Positions 30,202 through 40,039 of a DNA stretch of 64,000 nt are shown piece after piece (position 1 is the first letter of the stretch; each line of letters starts with the position of its first letter). The notes under the pieces are model-generated. The model was not told the origin of the DNA. It did not search any database and saw only the letters and a program-made list of their open reading frames with translations. Origin of the DNA: Candidatus Fervidifonticultor secundus (GTDB lineage: Bacteria; Sysuimicrobiota; Sysuimicrobiia; Sysuimicrobiales; Humicultoraceae); NCBI GenBank assembly GCA_031459385.1, contig JAVKIP010000003.1, forward strand, positions 96,001 through 160,000. The letters are read 5' to 3'. Made by a program: the position numbers and the translations under genes.

Positions 30202-31443
30202 ATGCCACATCGCGTGGCGGTCACCGGCATCGGCGCGATCACGCCCATCGGACACGGCGCCGGGGGCCTGTTCGAAGGGATCGTGGCCGGCCGGCCGGGT
30301 GTCCGGCTGGTGGAGCGGTTCGACGCCTCGGCGTTCGGCAGCCGCGTGGCAGCCGAGGTCGCCGACTTCGACCCGCTCCAGCACCTCGACACCAGACAGG
30401 CGCGCCGGCTGGACCGCTTCGCACAGTTCGCGGTCGTCTGCGGCCGTCAGGCCGCGGCCGATGCGGGCCTCACCCTGGATACCCTGGACCGCGAGCGGGC
30501 CGGCGTCTTCATCGGCACCGCGCTGGGCGGCGCAGCCTTTGCGGAGGAGCAGCACCACGTCTACCTGCGGGAAGGGATCCGCCGGGTCCGGCCGACCCTG
30601 GCGCTGTCGGTCTTCGGCGGCGCCGCGTCCTGCAACATCGCCATCGACCTGGGGCTGACCGGGCCCACCAGCGCCAACACCGATTCGTGCGCGTCGGGCA
30701 CCATTGCCATCGGCGAGGCGGCGCGGCTGATTCGCAACGGCGAGGCGGACCTCATGCTGGCCGGCGGCGTGGAGGTGCCGCTGACGCCCATGATCTTCGG
30801 TGCCTTCGACCTGATCCGGGCCATGTCCACGCGCAACGACGCGCCCGCCGCGGCGTGCCGGCCGTTCGACCGGGGCCGCGACGGCTTCGTGATGGGCGAG
30901 GGCGCCGCGGTGCTGGTGCTGGAGCGCCTCGAGCACGCCCTGGCCCGCGGCGCCCGGGTCTACGGTGAGGTATTGGGCTACGCGTCGACCAACGACGCCT
31001 ACCACATGACGGCACCCCTGCCCGACGGCGCTCAGGCGATCCGCGCGATGCGCCTCGCGCTGCAGGACGCCGGGCTGGCACCCGAGCAGATCGATCACAT
31101 CAACGCCCACGCCTCCTCGACGCCGCTCAACGACCCCACCGAGACCCGGGCGATCAAGGCGGTCTTCGGCCCGCACGCCGCGCGGGTGCCGGTCAGCGGC
31201 ACCAAGTCGATGCACGGTCACGCGCTGGGGGCCTCCGGCGCCATCGAAGCGGCCATCTGCATGCTGGCGCTGGCGCGCGACTACCTGCCGCCCACGATCA
31301 ACCTCGACGATCCCGACCCCGAGTGCGACCTCGACTACGTCCCCCACCGGGGCCGGTGGCAGCGGGTCCGGCACGTGATGAGCACCTCGTTCGGCTTCGG
31401 CGGCATCAACGCGGTCCTGGTGTTCGGACGGGTGGGGGCGTAG
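30202..31443 (+). CDS. fabF: Beta-ketoacyl-ACP synthase II family
   Basis: VAVTGIG, DSCASG (catalytic Cys), RDGFVMGEG, NAH, KSMHGH, SFGFGG. Confidence 0.88.
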   Translation: MPHRVAVTGIGAITPIGHGAGGLFEGIVAGRPGVRLVERFDASAFGSRVAAEVADFDPLQHLDTRQARRLDRFAQFAVVCGRQAAADAGLTLDTLDRERAGVFIGTALGGAAFAEEQHHVYLREGIRRVRPTLALSVFGGAASCNIAIDLGLTGPTSANTDSCASGTIAIGEAARLIRNGEADLMLAGGVEVPLTPMIFGAFDLIRAMSTRNDAPAAACRPFDRGRDGFVMGEGAAVLVLERLEHALARGARVYGEVLGYASTNDAYHMTAPLPDGAQAIRAMRLALQDAGLAPEQIDHINAHASSTPLNDPTETRAIKAVFGPHAARVPVSGTKSMHGHALGASGAIEAAICMLALARDYLPPTINLDDPDPECDLDYVPHRGRWQRVRHVMSTSFGFGGINAVLVFGRVGA

Positions 31444-31559
31444 CCGCGCGCAGGATCCCGCCGATCGGACAACGAATATTACTACTCAACAGTTGCATAC
31501 GGGCTGCTCATCTGCGTGACTCTGGTGTTCCTTGCGGCAGGGGCCGAGGAGGTACTGTC

Positions 31560-32251
31560 ATGCAGAGCCAACGGGGACGTCTGGTGCTGGTCGTGCTGTG
31601 CGCGGCCGGGCTGGCCGCCGGCGTACAGGCGGGGGTCGTCGCGCAGGACCTCACCCCCATGGACCGCCGGGACTGAAGACGGGCGACCGGTGGGTCTTCT
31701 CCTGGAAGGACTCCCGGGGGCAGACCGGGCGGGGTGTGTGGACCGTGGCCCGCCTCGACGACTTCGAGGGCACGCGGGCCTACTTCATCGAGCGCACCAA
31801 TGAATGGACGACGCCGCAAGGGCAACGGCGGAGCAGCCGCGATGTGCAGATCCGCGATCTCGAATGGAACTACATCGGCCGGCTCAATGAGCAACGGCAT
31901 CCCGTGTTCCGGCGGAAGATGGCGTACATGAGGTAGCCCCTGACGCCGGGCGCGCAGTGGGAGACGGAAGGCGCCTACGAGTTCCTGAACCAGGGAATCT
32001 GGACGAAGCGGCAGAGCAAGATGTTCGTCCACGTGAAAGGCGTAGAGGATGTCACTACTCCGGCGGGCGCCTTCCGGAGCTACCGCCTCTACGCCATCTG
32101 GCGATGGTTCAGCGATGCCGGCACGGCGCTCGGCCACGCCGAGACCGAGGACTGGCTCTCGCCGCAGGTGCGGTTCTTCGTCATGGGGAGAACCAAAGAG
32201 GGCACCTACACCTCGGAGTACGAGCTCGCAGAGTACCACCTGACGCCGTGA
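31560..32251 (+). pseudogene. Disrupted gene for an exported beta-rich protein (1-nt frameshift near 31663 plus in-frame TAG at 31934)
   Basis: SD GAGGAGG and signal peptide in one frame; LKTGDRW... continues in another frame, through the TAG into PLTPGAQW...EDVTTPAGAF. Confidence 0.75.
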
Positions 32252-32258
32252 GGGCTTC

Positions 32259-32753
32259 GTGACCTCCGGGGGCGACCACCCTGGCGCGCGCAGCGCACCC
32301 GTAGTCTTCACCCTGGGTACCAGCACGCGTACATCCGAGGAGTTCGTCGCCTGCTGCCGCGCCTTCGGGATAACCCGCGTCGTCGACGTCCGGCGGTTCC
32401 CGACCAGCCACAAGTACCCACAGTTCGTCCGCGAGGCCTTTGCAACGTTCCTCCGCGACGCCCAGATCGACTACGCGCACCTCGGGCCCACCCTTGGCGG
32501 CTATCGGACCGGCGGGTATGAGACGTACATGGCCACCGCGGCGTTCCGCGAGGGCCTGGCGGAACTCGAGCGGCTCGCGCGTGCGGCGCCCACCGCCGTC
32601 GTCTGCAGCGAGCGGCTGCCGTGGCGCTGCCACCGGCGCTTCATCGCGCGGGCCCTCGAGGCCCGCGGGTGGCGGGTCGTGCACGTCATCGAGCCGGACC
32701 CCGTGTGGACCCCCGAGCCCGCCGCCACGCCTTTCAACGGCTCTGCGCCGTAG
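32259..32753 (+). CDS. DUF488 family protein
   Basis: FTLGTSTR, VVDVRRFP, LGGYR, CSE...CHRR. Confidence 0.88.
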   Translation: MTSGGDHPGARSAPVVFTLGTSTRTSEEFVACCRAFGITRVVDVRRFPTSHKYPQFVREAFATFLRDAQIDYAHLGPTLGGYRTGGYETYMATAAFREGLAELERLARAAPTAVVCSERLPWRCHRRFIARALEARGWRVVHVIEPDPVWTPEPAATPFNGSAP

Positions 32754-32771
32754 GTAGCCCGCGGTCGCCGG

Positions 32772-34091
32772 CTACAGCCGCGCCACCTGCGGCGCACCCA
32801 GCGCGACCAGCCCCGCCACAGCGACGACCACCGCGCCGCCCAGCGCCAGCGCCGCGCCGACGCCGATGGCCCCGGCCAGCGCGCCCAGTGGCAGCGTGCC
32901 GAGCGCGAACATGCCGAAGGTGACCATCCCGTAGAGCCCCATGATGCGGCCGCGCTGCTCGGGCCGCACCGTCGTCTGCAGCACTGTGTTGGCCGCAGCC
33001 AGGGCCACAGCCTGAGCGGTGCCGACGGTCACGAGCAGGGCGACCGACAGCAGGAACCACCGGGACAACGCGACGAGCACTACCAGCGTCCCCATGGCCG
33101 CTCCGGCGCGCAGGAGCAGCCGGCCCCGCGGGGCGTCGCCCAGCGCGCCGATCGCGAAGACCGCCAGCACGGTGCCGATGCCCGGTGCGGCCTGGAGCAC
33201 GCCCAGCCCCTGCGGCCCGACGCCCAGGACCTCGCGGGCCATCGCGGGCATCAGCCGGATGTACGGCCGGCCGAAGAAGCTCACCACCGCTACCAGCCCC
33301 AGCACCGCGAGCACATGGCGGTGCCGCACCAGCAGCGCCAGCCCCTCACGGATGTCCTGGCCGACGGACTCGCGGGCCTGGCTCTGCCGGGGCGGGACCT
33401 GCATGCGGAGCAACGCCGCCAGCACGGCGATGTACGTGAGGGCGTTGGCGAAGAAGCACCCGGCCACGCCGACCGTGGCGATGACCACGCCGCCGATGGA
33501 CGGGCCGATGATGCCGGATCCGTTGAACGCCATGGAGTTGAGGCTCACCGCGGCCATCAGGTGGCGCTCCCCGACCAGGCTCGGCACCATCGACTGCCGC
33601 GCGGGCATGTCGAACGAGTTGGCGAACGAGTTGAACGCGCCGATCACCAGGACGTGCCACACCTGGATGCGCCCCGTGACCGCCAGCACGCCGAGCAACG
33701 TGGCCGAGGCCATGAGCGCCGCGTTGGTGACCAGGAGCACCATGCGCCGGTCGAGCCGGTCGGCGGCCACCCCGCCCAGGAAGGCGAACAGCAGCCGGGG
33801 CACGGCCTGCACGAGCCCCAGGAGTCCCAGGTAGACGGGCGCGCGGGTCAGATCGTCGATCAGGTAGCCCAGGGCGGTGAACTGCATCCACGACCCGACG
33901 TGGGAGATGAGCAGACCGCTCCAGAGCAGCCGGTAGTTGCGCAGGCGAAGGAGCGCGAACGCCGCGCGCGGGTCGCGCCGGCGGCCGGGGACAGCCGGCG
34001 CCGCGACCGCGACATCGCCGGGCGCCGACGCCGCGGCTGCGACATCGCCGGGGGCCGACGCCGCGGCCGGCGCGAGTTCGCTATCGGCCAT
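32772..34091 (-). CDS. MFS transporter
   Basis: NYRLLWSG, GGVAADRLDRR, PARQS, RGRIMG. Confidence 0.92.
   Translation of the reverse strand: MADSELAPAAASAPGDVAAAASAPGDVAVAAPAVPGRRRDPRAAFALLRLRNYRLLWSGLLISHVGSWMQFTALGYLIDDLTRAPVYLGLLGLVQAVPRLLFAFLGGVAADRLDRRMVLLVTNAALMASATLLGVLAVTGRIQVWHVLVIGAFNSFANSFDMPARQSMVPSLVGERHLMAAVSLNSMAFNGSGIIGPSIGGVVIATVGVAGCFFANALTYIAVLAALLRMQVPPRQSQARESVGQDIREGLALLVRHRHVLAVLGLVAVVSFFGRPYIRLMPAMAREVLGVGPQGLGVLQAAPGIGTVLAVFAIGALGDAPRGRLLLRAGAAMGTLVVLVALSRWFLLSVALLVTVGTAQAVALAAANTVLQTTVRPEQRGRIMGLYGMVTFGMFALGTLPLGALAGAIGVGAALALGGAVVVAVAGLVALGAPQVARL
34009..34068. repeat. Two 30-bp tandem copies encoding a repeated AAASAPGDVA-like peptide in the MFS N-terminus
   Basis: gcgacatcgccggg(c/g)gccgacgccgcggc(t/c) occurs twice. 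Confidence 0.85.
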
Positions 34092-34117
34092 GGGGCACCC
34101 TGGGGGGTGGGGGCCGC

Positions 34118-34693
34118 TCACCAGGGTGAGGAGTAGCGCTCTTCCTTCCACGGGTCGCCGCGCATGTGGTACCCGTTGCGCTCCCAGAAACCGGCGCGAT
34201 CCGACGCCACGAGCTCGAGACCGCGGACCCATTTGGCGCTCTTCCAGAAGTAGAGGCGGGGCACCACCAGGCGCAGGGGCCATCCGTGCTCGGGCGTCAG
34301 GTCCCTGCCGTCCGCCCGCCACGCGAAGAGCGCGTCGTCGGCCTGCAGGTACTCGAGGGGCAGGTTGGTCTCGTAGCCCTGCTCGGCGTGCACCATGACG
34401 AACCTGGCCTCAGGCCGGGGCGCCGCCAGCCCCAGCACGGTCCTCGCGGCGACGCCCTCGAAGACCACGCCCAACCGGCTCCATGCGGTCACGCAGTGGA
34501 TGTCGCAGGTGAGGACGGTGGTCGGCAGCGCCCGGAACTCCTCGTAGGAAAGGGTGACCGGCTGCTCGACGAGCCCGAACAGCCGGAAGTCCCAGCGGAG
34601 GGGATCGAACTGCGGGATGCTGCCGTAGTGCAGGACCGGCCACTTCTCGGTTACGTACTGCCCGGGCGGCACGCGCCCGGCGCTCTGCCGCAT
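34118..34693 (-). CDS. Sulfite oxidase-like molybdopterin oxidoreductase
   Basis: PPGQY, DIHCVTAWS, HGWPLRL, YFWKSAKW, GFWERNGYH. Confidence 0.92.
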   Translation of the reverse strand: MRQSAGRVPPGQYVTEKWPVLHYGSIPQFDPLRWDFRLFGLVEQPVTLSYEEFRALPTTVLTCDIHCVTAWSRLGVVFEGVAARTVLGLAAPRPEARFVMVHAEQGYETNLPLEYLQADDALFAWRADGRDLTPEHGWPLRLVVPRLYFWKSAKWVRGLELVASDRAGFWERNGYHMRGDPWKEERYSSPW

Positions 34694-34766
34694 CGCCAAC
34701 CTCCTCATCGGACCTCATGGGCCCCGGTGTTCTGAACCTGTCTTCCACGCCTATATGAAACACCCG

Positions 34767-35348
34767 TCAGGATCGCGGCGTCACGGGCCGTGCGTTGCAG
34801 AAGCGCATGGCGGCCTGCGGGCCGTCGCGCACCCACTGCACGATCCCCTCGACCGCGCGCGCAACCGCGTCGTCGAGCCGCGCGCGCTCCTCGGGCGTGG
34901 GCCGCTCGAGCACGTAGTCTGCAGGGTCCATCCCGGCCGGCGGCCGCCCGATGCCCACCCGCAGGCGCGGAAAGGCCGTCGTGCCCAGCGCCTCGATCAC
35001 CGACTGGAGACCGTTGTGCCCGCCGGCGCTGCCCTGCTCGCGAAAGCGGATCGTCCCCGGCGGCAGGTCGAGGTCGTCGTACACGACCAGCAGGTGTGCG
35101 AGGGCGATCCGGTGGCGGCGGCGCAGATCGGCCACGGCCGGCCCGGCCACGTTCATGTAGGTCTCGGGCCACGCCAGCAGCACGCGCTGCCCCGCGACCG
35201 TCCCCCCTCCGGTCGTCGCCCGGCCGTCCCTGGCGTCCAGCCGAATGCCGCAGGCCGCCGCGAGATGCTCGACGACCTCCCGGCCCATGTTGTGCCGCGT
35301 GCCGCGGTACCGGCGCCCGGGATTCCCCAGACCGACGATGAGTCGCAT
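34767..35348 (-). CDS. pth: Peptidyl-tRNA hydrolase
   Basis: LIVGLGNPG, TRHNMG, TYMN, GGHNGL, RLRVGIGRP. Confidence 0.97.
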   Translation of the reverse strand: MRLIVGLGNPGRRYRGTRHNMGREVVEHLAAACGIRLDARDGRATTGGGTVAGQRVLLAWPETYMNVAGPAVADLRRRHRIALAHLLVVYDDLDLPPGTIRFREQGSAGGHNGLQSVIEALGTTAFPRLRVGIGRPPAGMDPADYVLERPTPEERARLDDAVARAVEGIVQWVRDGPQAAMRFCNARPVTPRS

Positions 35349-35428
35349 GCAACCAGGAGCACGCAGACCGGCAGGCCACCGCGTGCCGTGCACGATCGGG
35401 CGCGCCGGGGGCCAGCAGGGCTGCGGGA

Positions 35429-36097
35429 CTACCGCCCGGGCCCGGGCGTCTTCTCGGTGGGCGCCGCGCCAGGCGCCGCGGGCACGCCGGGCGCGGCAGG
35501 CGCCGCCTCGGGAGCCGCCGCCGGGGCTTCCTCGTGCACGCGTGGTGCGACCACGGTCACGACTACCTCTTCCGGCGGGGTCAGGAGCCTGACGCCCTCA
35601 GGCGGCGTCAGGTCGCTCGCGTGCAGCGACCGCCCGACACCCAGAGCGCTGATGTCCACCTCGAGGCTGTCGGGAATCTGCGTCGGCAGACACTCGACGA
35701 GCGCCTCCCGCAGGTGGTGCTCCACCACACCGCCTTCGGCGACGCCTTTCGGGACGCCCTTGAGCACGATCGGCACGTGGGCCTGCAGAGTCGCGCTGAG
35801 CGACACCGCGCAGAAGTCGACGTGAATCGGCTCGTGTCGGAAGAGGTCGCGCTGGACCTCTTTCACCATGACCGTGGCGGGTTCGCCGTTGCCCGCCACC
35901 TCCAGGTCGATGAGGACGTTCAACCCCGCATGGGTGCGCAGCACGGCGTTCAGCGCCCTGGCGTCCACTGCGAGCGGCCTCGGTGCGCGGCCGTGCCCGT
36001 ACAGCACCCCGGGGACCATGCCCTGCCGCCGCAGCGCGCGGGCCACCCCCTTGCCCACCCCGGCGCGCGCCTGCGCCTTCAGCGCCACCCGTTCCAT
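35429..36097 (-). CDS. rplY: 50S ribosomal protein L25/Ctc
   Basis: GKGVARALRRQG.VPGVLYG, HVDF, adjacent to pth. Confidence 0.96.
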   Translation of the reverse strand: MERVALKAQARAGVGKGVARALRRQGMVPGVLYGHGRAPRPLAVDARALNAVLRTHAGLNVLIDLEVAGNGEPATVMVKEVQRDLFRHEPIHVDFCAVSLSATLQAHVPIVLKGVPKGVAEGGVVEHHLREALVECLPTQIPDSLEVDISALGVGRSLHASDLTPPEGVRLLTPPEEVVVTVVAPRVHEEAPAAAPEAAPAAPGVPAAPGAAPTEKTPGPGR

Positions 36098-36152
36098 CGC
36101 CAGCTCCCTCCGACACGCAACAGGCCCCGGCTCCGGGGCCCGAACGCTGTGT

Positions 36153-36180
36153 ATTATAGCACGCACCCTCTGCCTCGCAA
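36153..36180 (-). promoter_or_regulatory. rplY promoter
   Basis: TTGCGA-N16-TATAAT with extended TG; 8-bp hairpin at 36123-36140 in the leader. Confidence 0.65.
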
Positions 36181-36283
36181 GGGAACCGCACGCGGCCCCC
36201 CGACACGCGCCCGTCGCCGTGCCGCGAGCAGCAGGCCGTGCTGGCCGCCGCCCGATGCCCTGCGAGTGTGTTATCGTGGGGCC

Positions 36284-37252
36284 ATGACGCCCGTGCACTG
36301 GCTTGCCGACGATCTCGTCCTCATCGATACGCTCTACCACGAGACCGAGCGGGCGGTCGGCGCGTATCTCCTGCTCGGCCGCCGGCCCGCGCTCATCGAG
36401 ACCGGTCCTGCCTCCAGGGTCGAGACGCTCCTGGCGGGCGTGCGCGCTGCCGGTCTCGACCCCGCCGCGCTGCAGGCGGTGGCCGTCACGCACATCCACC
36501 TCGACCACGCCGGCGCCGCCGGCGCGCTGGTGCGCCGCTTCCCCCACCTGGAGGTGTACGTGCACCCGATCGGTGCGCCGCACCTTGCCGATCCGTCGCG
36601 GCTGGTGGCGAGCGCCGGCCGGCTGTACGGCGACCGGCTCGGCCCGCTCTTCGGGGACGTGGTCCCCGTGCCGGCCGACCGCATCCGCCCGCTGGACGAC
36701 GGTACGGCGGTGGCGCTGGGCTCGCGCCGGCTGGTCGCTCTGGCGTCGCCGGGCCACGCCCGCCACCATCTCGTCTACCACGACGCGGCTCGCGGAGAGC
36801 TGTTCACCGGCGACGCGGCCGGCGTGGCGCTGCCCGGGAGGCGCGCCGTGCGGGCGCCCACGCCGCCGCCGGAGCTCGATATCCCCGCATGGCTGCAGAC
36901 CCTCGAGCGGCTGCGCACCCTGCGCCCGCGGCGGCTGCTGCTCACCCACTTCGGCCCCCACGACTGGGCCGACGGCCTGCTGGCGACGCTGGCGGCGCAG
37001 CTGCAGACGCTCGAACGCCTAGCGCTCGAGGCGGTAGATGCCGGGCTGGACGAGCCGTCCGCGCTGGCCCGACTCGCGCGCGCCGTCGCGGGCAGCGGGC
37101 AGGATCAGGCGAGCGCGGCAGCCGCGGAAGACCGCGCAGGTGCGGCAGGCCAGGGCGCGGGCAGCGACGCCGAGCGGCTCGAGGTGATCATGGCCTCGTG
37201 GCAGAGCGCACAGGGGCTGTTGCGGTACGCGCGGACGCGCCGGGAGCGCTGA
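36284..37252 (+). CDS. MBL-fold metallo-hydrolase
   Basis: THIHLDHAG, PGHARHH, FTGD, THFG. Confidence 0.92.
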   Translation: MTPVHWLADDLVLIDTLYHETERAVGAYLLLGRRPALIETGPASRVETLLAGVRAAGLDPAALQAVAVTHIHLDHAGAAGALVRRFPHLEVYVHPIGAPHLADPSRLVASAGRLYGDRLGPLFGDVVPVPADRIRPLDDGTAVALGSRRLVALASPGHARHHLVYHDAARGELFTGDAAGVALPGRRAVRAPTPPPELDIPAWLQTLERLRTLRPRRLLLTHFGPHDWADGLLATLAAQLQTLERLALEAVDAGLDEPSALARLARAVAGSGQDQASAAAAEDRAGAAGQGAGSDAERLEVIMASWQSAQGLLRYARTRRER

Positions 37253-37277
37253 GACATCCCGCCCGTGTGACCCTGCC

Positions 37278-39383
37278 TCAAAACCGGGGGTTATCGTACC
37301 AGCGGTCGATGATCTGATAGGCTGCTCGCAGGAACCGGGCATCCACGCCGCCCCCGGGGTCGAGGACGTACCCGACGCCCTGGTTGATGTGGATGTACTG
37401 GCCCAGCAGCGCCCCGGTGAACTCGCCCGCCTGGTTGATGCTGATGTTGGCCCTCGGGGCGAAAACCACTGCCGACACCCGGTTCTCCTGATCCCACCAG
37501 ATGGACGCGACGCCGGTCTCCTCGTACGACGGGTCGCTGGCGCAGCTCAGCACCTGGATGCGGTCCCCCGGCCAGACGAGCAGCGCGCCCGGCTTGGTGT
37601 CGTCCACGCCGAACCACGACCGCTGCCCCAGACGGAACGTCCTCCCCACGTGGAAGTACACTTTTCCTCTCCCGGAGATGGCCAGGACCGCGTCCCGCTC
37701 GAAGATGACGCTGGTGGCATGGATGTGCAGTTCGGCCGCGGGGTTGTCCGGCGTGCTGATCGTCATCCGCTGCCCGGCCCCCGGATGCACCTCATCGTAG
37801 CGGAGTTCCTTCACCAGGCCCTCGGCCTCGCTGTGCACGATGCGCAGCGGCGCATCGTTGTTCGGGTCTGGGCTCGGCGTGCACGGGGGCGGCACGAACG
37901 GCGCGCACAGGACCTCCCGCACGTGCTCCCGCACCACGCCGTCGACCTGCGCGGCACAGCCCTGCGAGCAGTTCACGTCGCGCCCTGCGAAGGCGTTGCC
38001 GAAGATCGCGCGCGGCTCGGCGTAGATGACCGCCGTATCGGCGACCTTGTCGATATACCCTCGCTCGACGACCGAGGGGTTGGGGTTCAGATCGTCGAGC
38101 TGGTCGTTCCTCGGCGCGATCTCCGCGACGAACCGCCACGGCGCATTCGGCGTGCCGTCTTCCCTGCGCCGGTAGATGCGCCGCTTGAGCACGGTGGCGC
38201 TCTCGGGAATGCCGGTGAGCTTCGTGTACTGGCCGTTCAGGTCCAGTGGACCGGCGGCGGGGCTCGCGGGGCTGCTCCCCACGGACTCGATCTCGGCGGT
38301 CGTGGAACCCGGGTAGCGGTACACGTACGTGACCTTGTACGTGTAGCGGCCAGTCAGTCCCGGGGGCCGGACCGGCGGGTCGGCGGGAGCGGCCGCCGGC
38401 GCGCTCGCCGGCGCGGGCGGGCTGGGCGCCGTGGGGATCTGATGGATGAGCTCGCCGTCGACCCGCGTGTCGAGGTAGGTCTGCGTGCTATTGTCCGGAA
38501 TCTCGCCCACGAAGAACCACGGCCCCGTCGCCGCCTGCCCCGCGCGGGTTCTGTAGACTCTCCGCTTGACGATCGCCGCGGCGCCCAGAGGGATATTCGT
38601 CAGGGACCCGCTCTGGTTCGACAGCGCGACCGCGCCCGTCGCCGGGCTGCCGGCAGACTCGGCGCCGGCTGCGGTCACAAAGGTGACCTTCCAGGAGTAG
38701 GTGCCGGTCAGCCCGCGCGGCGCCTCGTCAGGGTCGATGGCGGTGGGCGTAAACCCGGCAGCGCCGGGGGGCGCCGCGAGGTCGTCGTCCCTCGCCTGGA
38801 TGGTCCCCGGGTTGCGCCGTGGCCCCGCAACGGAGATGTCCCGATTGCTGGCCACATCGGCGGTGACAGACGTACCCTGGTCGAGCCGGACGCCCCGCCG
38901 GCCGCAGAACCCGCCGAACGCATCGCCGCCCGGCGGCGAGCGCCGCACCCATACCTCGATCCGACGCCGAGCGCGCCCGACGCTGCTGGTGGCGATGACG
39001 TGCCGCACCTCGTTGTCCTGACAGCCTGTGGCTCCGGGCGCGGCGCCGTCGGTGCACCGCACGGCGACCTGGAACACCCCTGGACCGAATGCGATGGGTG
39101 TTCCCGACCCCGTCCAGCACTCGTCGTTGGAATGGTTCGGGGCGCACACCCAGGGCGGAGTGGTCTGCACGGCCCGGTCGTAGAGCTGCGAAATCGCGTA
39201 GGCGACGCCGGCCTCCGCCACGTTCAGCGTCTGGATCGCGAGACGGTTGGCCACCGCGCCGTGCAGGTCGCTCATGACCACCGAGAACACGCCGATGCCC
39301 ATGAGCCCGACGAGGAGCGAGGTCACGAGCACGAGGGGAAGGGCGAAGCCTGGCTCCCTCCGCAGCCGGCGACACGTCACCAT
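37278..39383 (-). CDS. Cassette 1: PilX-N-type large pilin/adhesin with two inserted Ig-like repeats
   Basis: G|FALPL (no E5), AEAGVAYA, Cys-rich, C-terminal RWYD. Confidence 0.8.
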   Translation of the reverse strand: MVTCRRLRREPGFALPLVLVTSLLVGLMGIGVFSVVMSDLHGAVANRLAIQTLNVAEAGVAYAISQLYDRAVQTTPPWVCAPNHSNDECWTGSGTPIAFGPGVFQVAVRCTDGAAPGATGCQDNEVRHVIATSSVGRARRRIEVWVRRSPPGGDAFGGFCGRRGVRLDQGTSVTADVASNRDISVAGPRRNPGTIQARDDDLAAPPGAAGFTPTAIDPDEAPRGLTGTYSWKVTFVTAAGAESAGSPATGAVALSNQSGSLTNIPLGAAAIVKRRVYRTRAGQAATGPWFFVGEIPDNSTQTYLDTRVDGELIHQIPTAPSPPAPASAPAAAPADPPVRPPGLTGRYTYKVTYVYRYPGSTTAEIESVGSSPASPAAGPLDLNGQYTKLTGIPESATVLKRRIYRRREDGTPNAPWRFVAEIAPRNDQLDDLNPNPSVVERGYIDKVADTAVIYAEPRAIFGNAFAGRDVNCSQGCAAQVDGVVREHVREVLCAPFVPPPCTPSPDPNNDAPLRIVHSEAEGLVKELRYDEVHPGAGQRMTISTPDNPAAELHIHATSVIFERDAVLAISGRGKVYFHVGRTFRLGQRSWFGVDDTKPGALLVWPGDRIQVLSCASDPSYEETGVASIWWDQENRVSAVVFAPRANISINQAGEFTGALLGQYIHINQGVGYVLDPGGGVDARFLRAAYQIIDRWYDNPRF

Positions 39384-39400
39384 CGTGCGCACCTCGCCTT

Positions 39401-40039
39401 CTATGGCCCGCGTAGGCTGACGACCGTCTGGTACGTCTGCCGCTCGGGCGGCCGCCCTGCGGCCGATGCCGCCTCCACGGTCATCGTGATCCTCAGCGAG
39501 TGGACCTGCCGGCGATCGGCGGTCACGTTGCCGTCCCGATCGAGGTAGACGAACCCGCCCCCACTCTGCACGATGGGTGGGGTGAGGGCGATGCGGCTGG
39601 GATCCGGGGCGGTCCGGGTGGTGACCTCGTCGGTGCACGGCTCCACTTCCTCGGGGCGGGTCTCCTGATAGAGCGTCTGGTTCTCCACGTAGTACACGTA
39701 GCGCAGTCGATCGTCGGGAGGTGCGCCGGGTGGGGACCGGTCCTCGAGGATGGCGTGGAAGGCCAGCCGCTGGCCGAATCCGTTGCCGGTGCCGATGACC
39801 AGGAAGCCCTCGGGGCAGGGCCGGTCGGCGTCGTAGTTCACCTGGCGCACCCGGTCGGCCAGCCACGCCATGGCCTGCCGTGCGCGCTCCTGGTCCGAGA
39901 CCCGGGCGTGGACGATGAACCGCCCCCTGATGACGGCGCTGAGCAGCAGGTAGAGGCTGCTCACGACCAGCGCGGCGATGGCTAGGCTGGAGACCAGCTC
40001 GATCAGGGTCAGGCCCTCGGCGCGGCGCAGCAGCTTCAC
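39401..40039 (-). CDS. Cassette 1: PilW-like minor pilin
   Basis: G|LTLIE prepilin motif. Confidence 0.85.
   Translation of the reverse strand: MKLLRRAEGLTLIELVSSLAIAALVVSSLYLLLSAVIRGRFIVHARVSDQERARQAMAWLADRVRQVNYDADRPCPEGFLVIGTGNGFGQRLAFHAILEDRSPPGAPPDDRLRYVYYVENQTLYQETRPEEVEPCTDEVTTRTAPDPSRIALTPPIVQSGGGFVYLDRDGNVTADRRQVHSLRITMTVEAASAAGRPPERQTYQTVVSLRGP

Noticed and set aside
31934..31936. In-frame TAG as pyrrolysine or read-through
   Set aside because: The same gene also has a frameshift, and there is no Pyl context.
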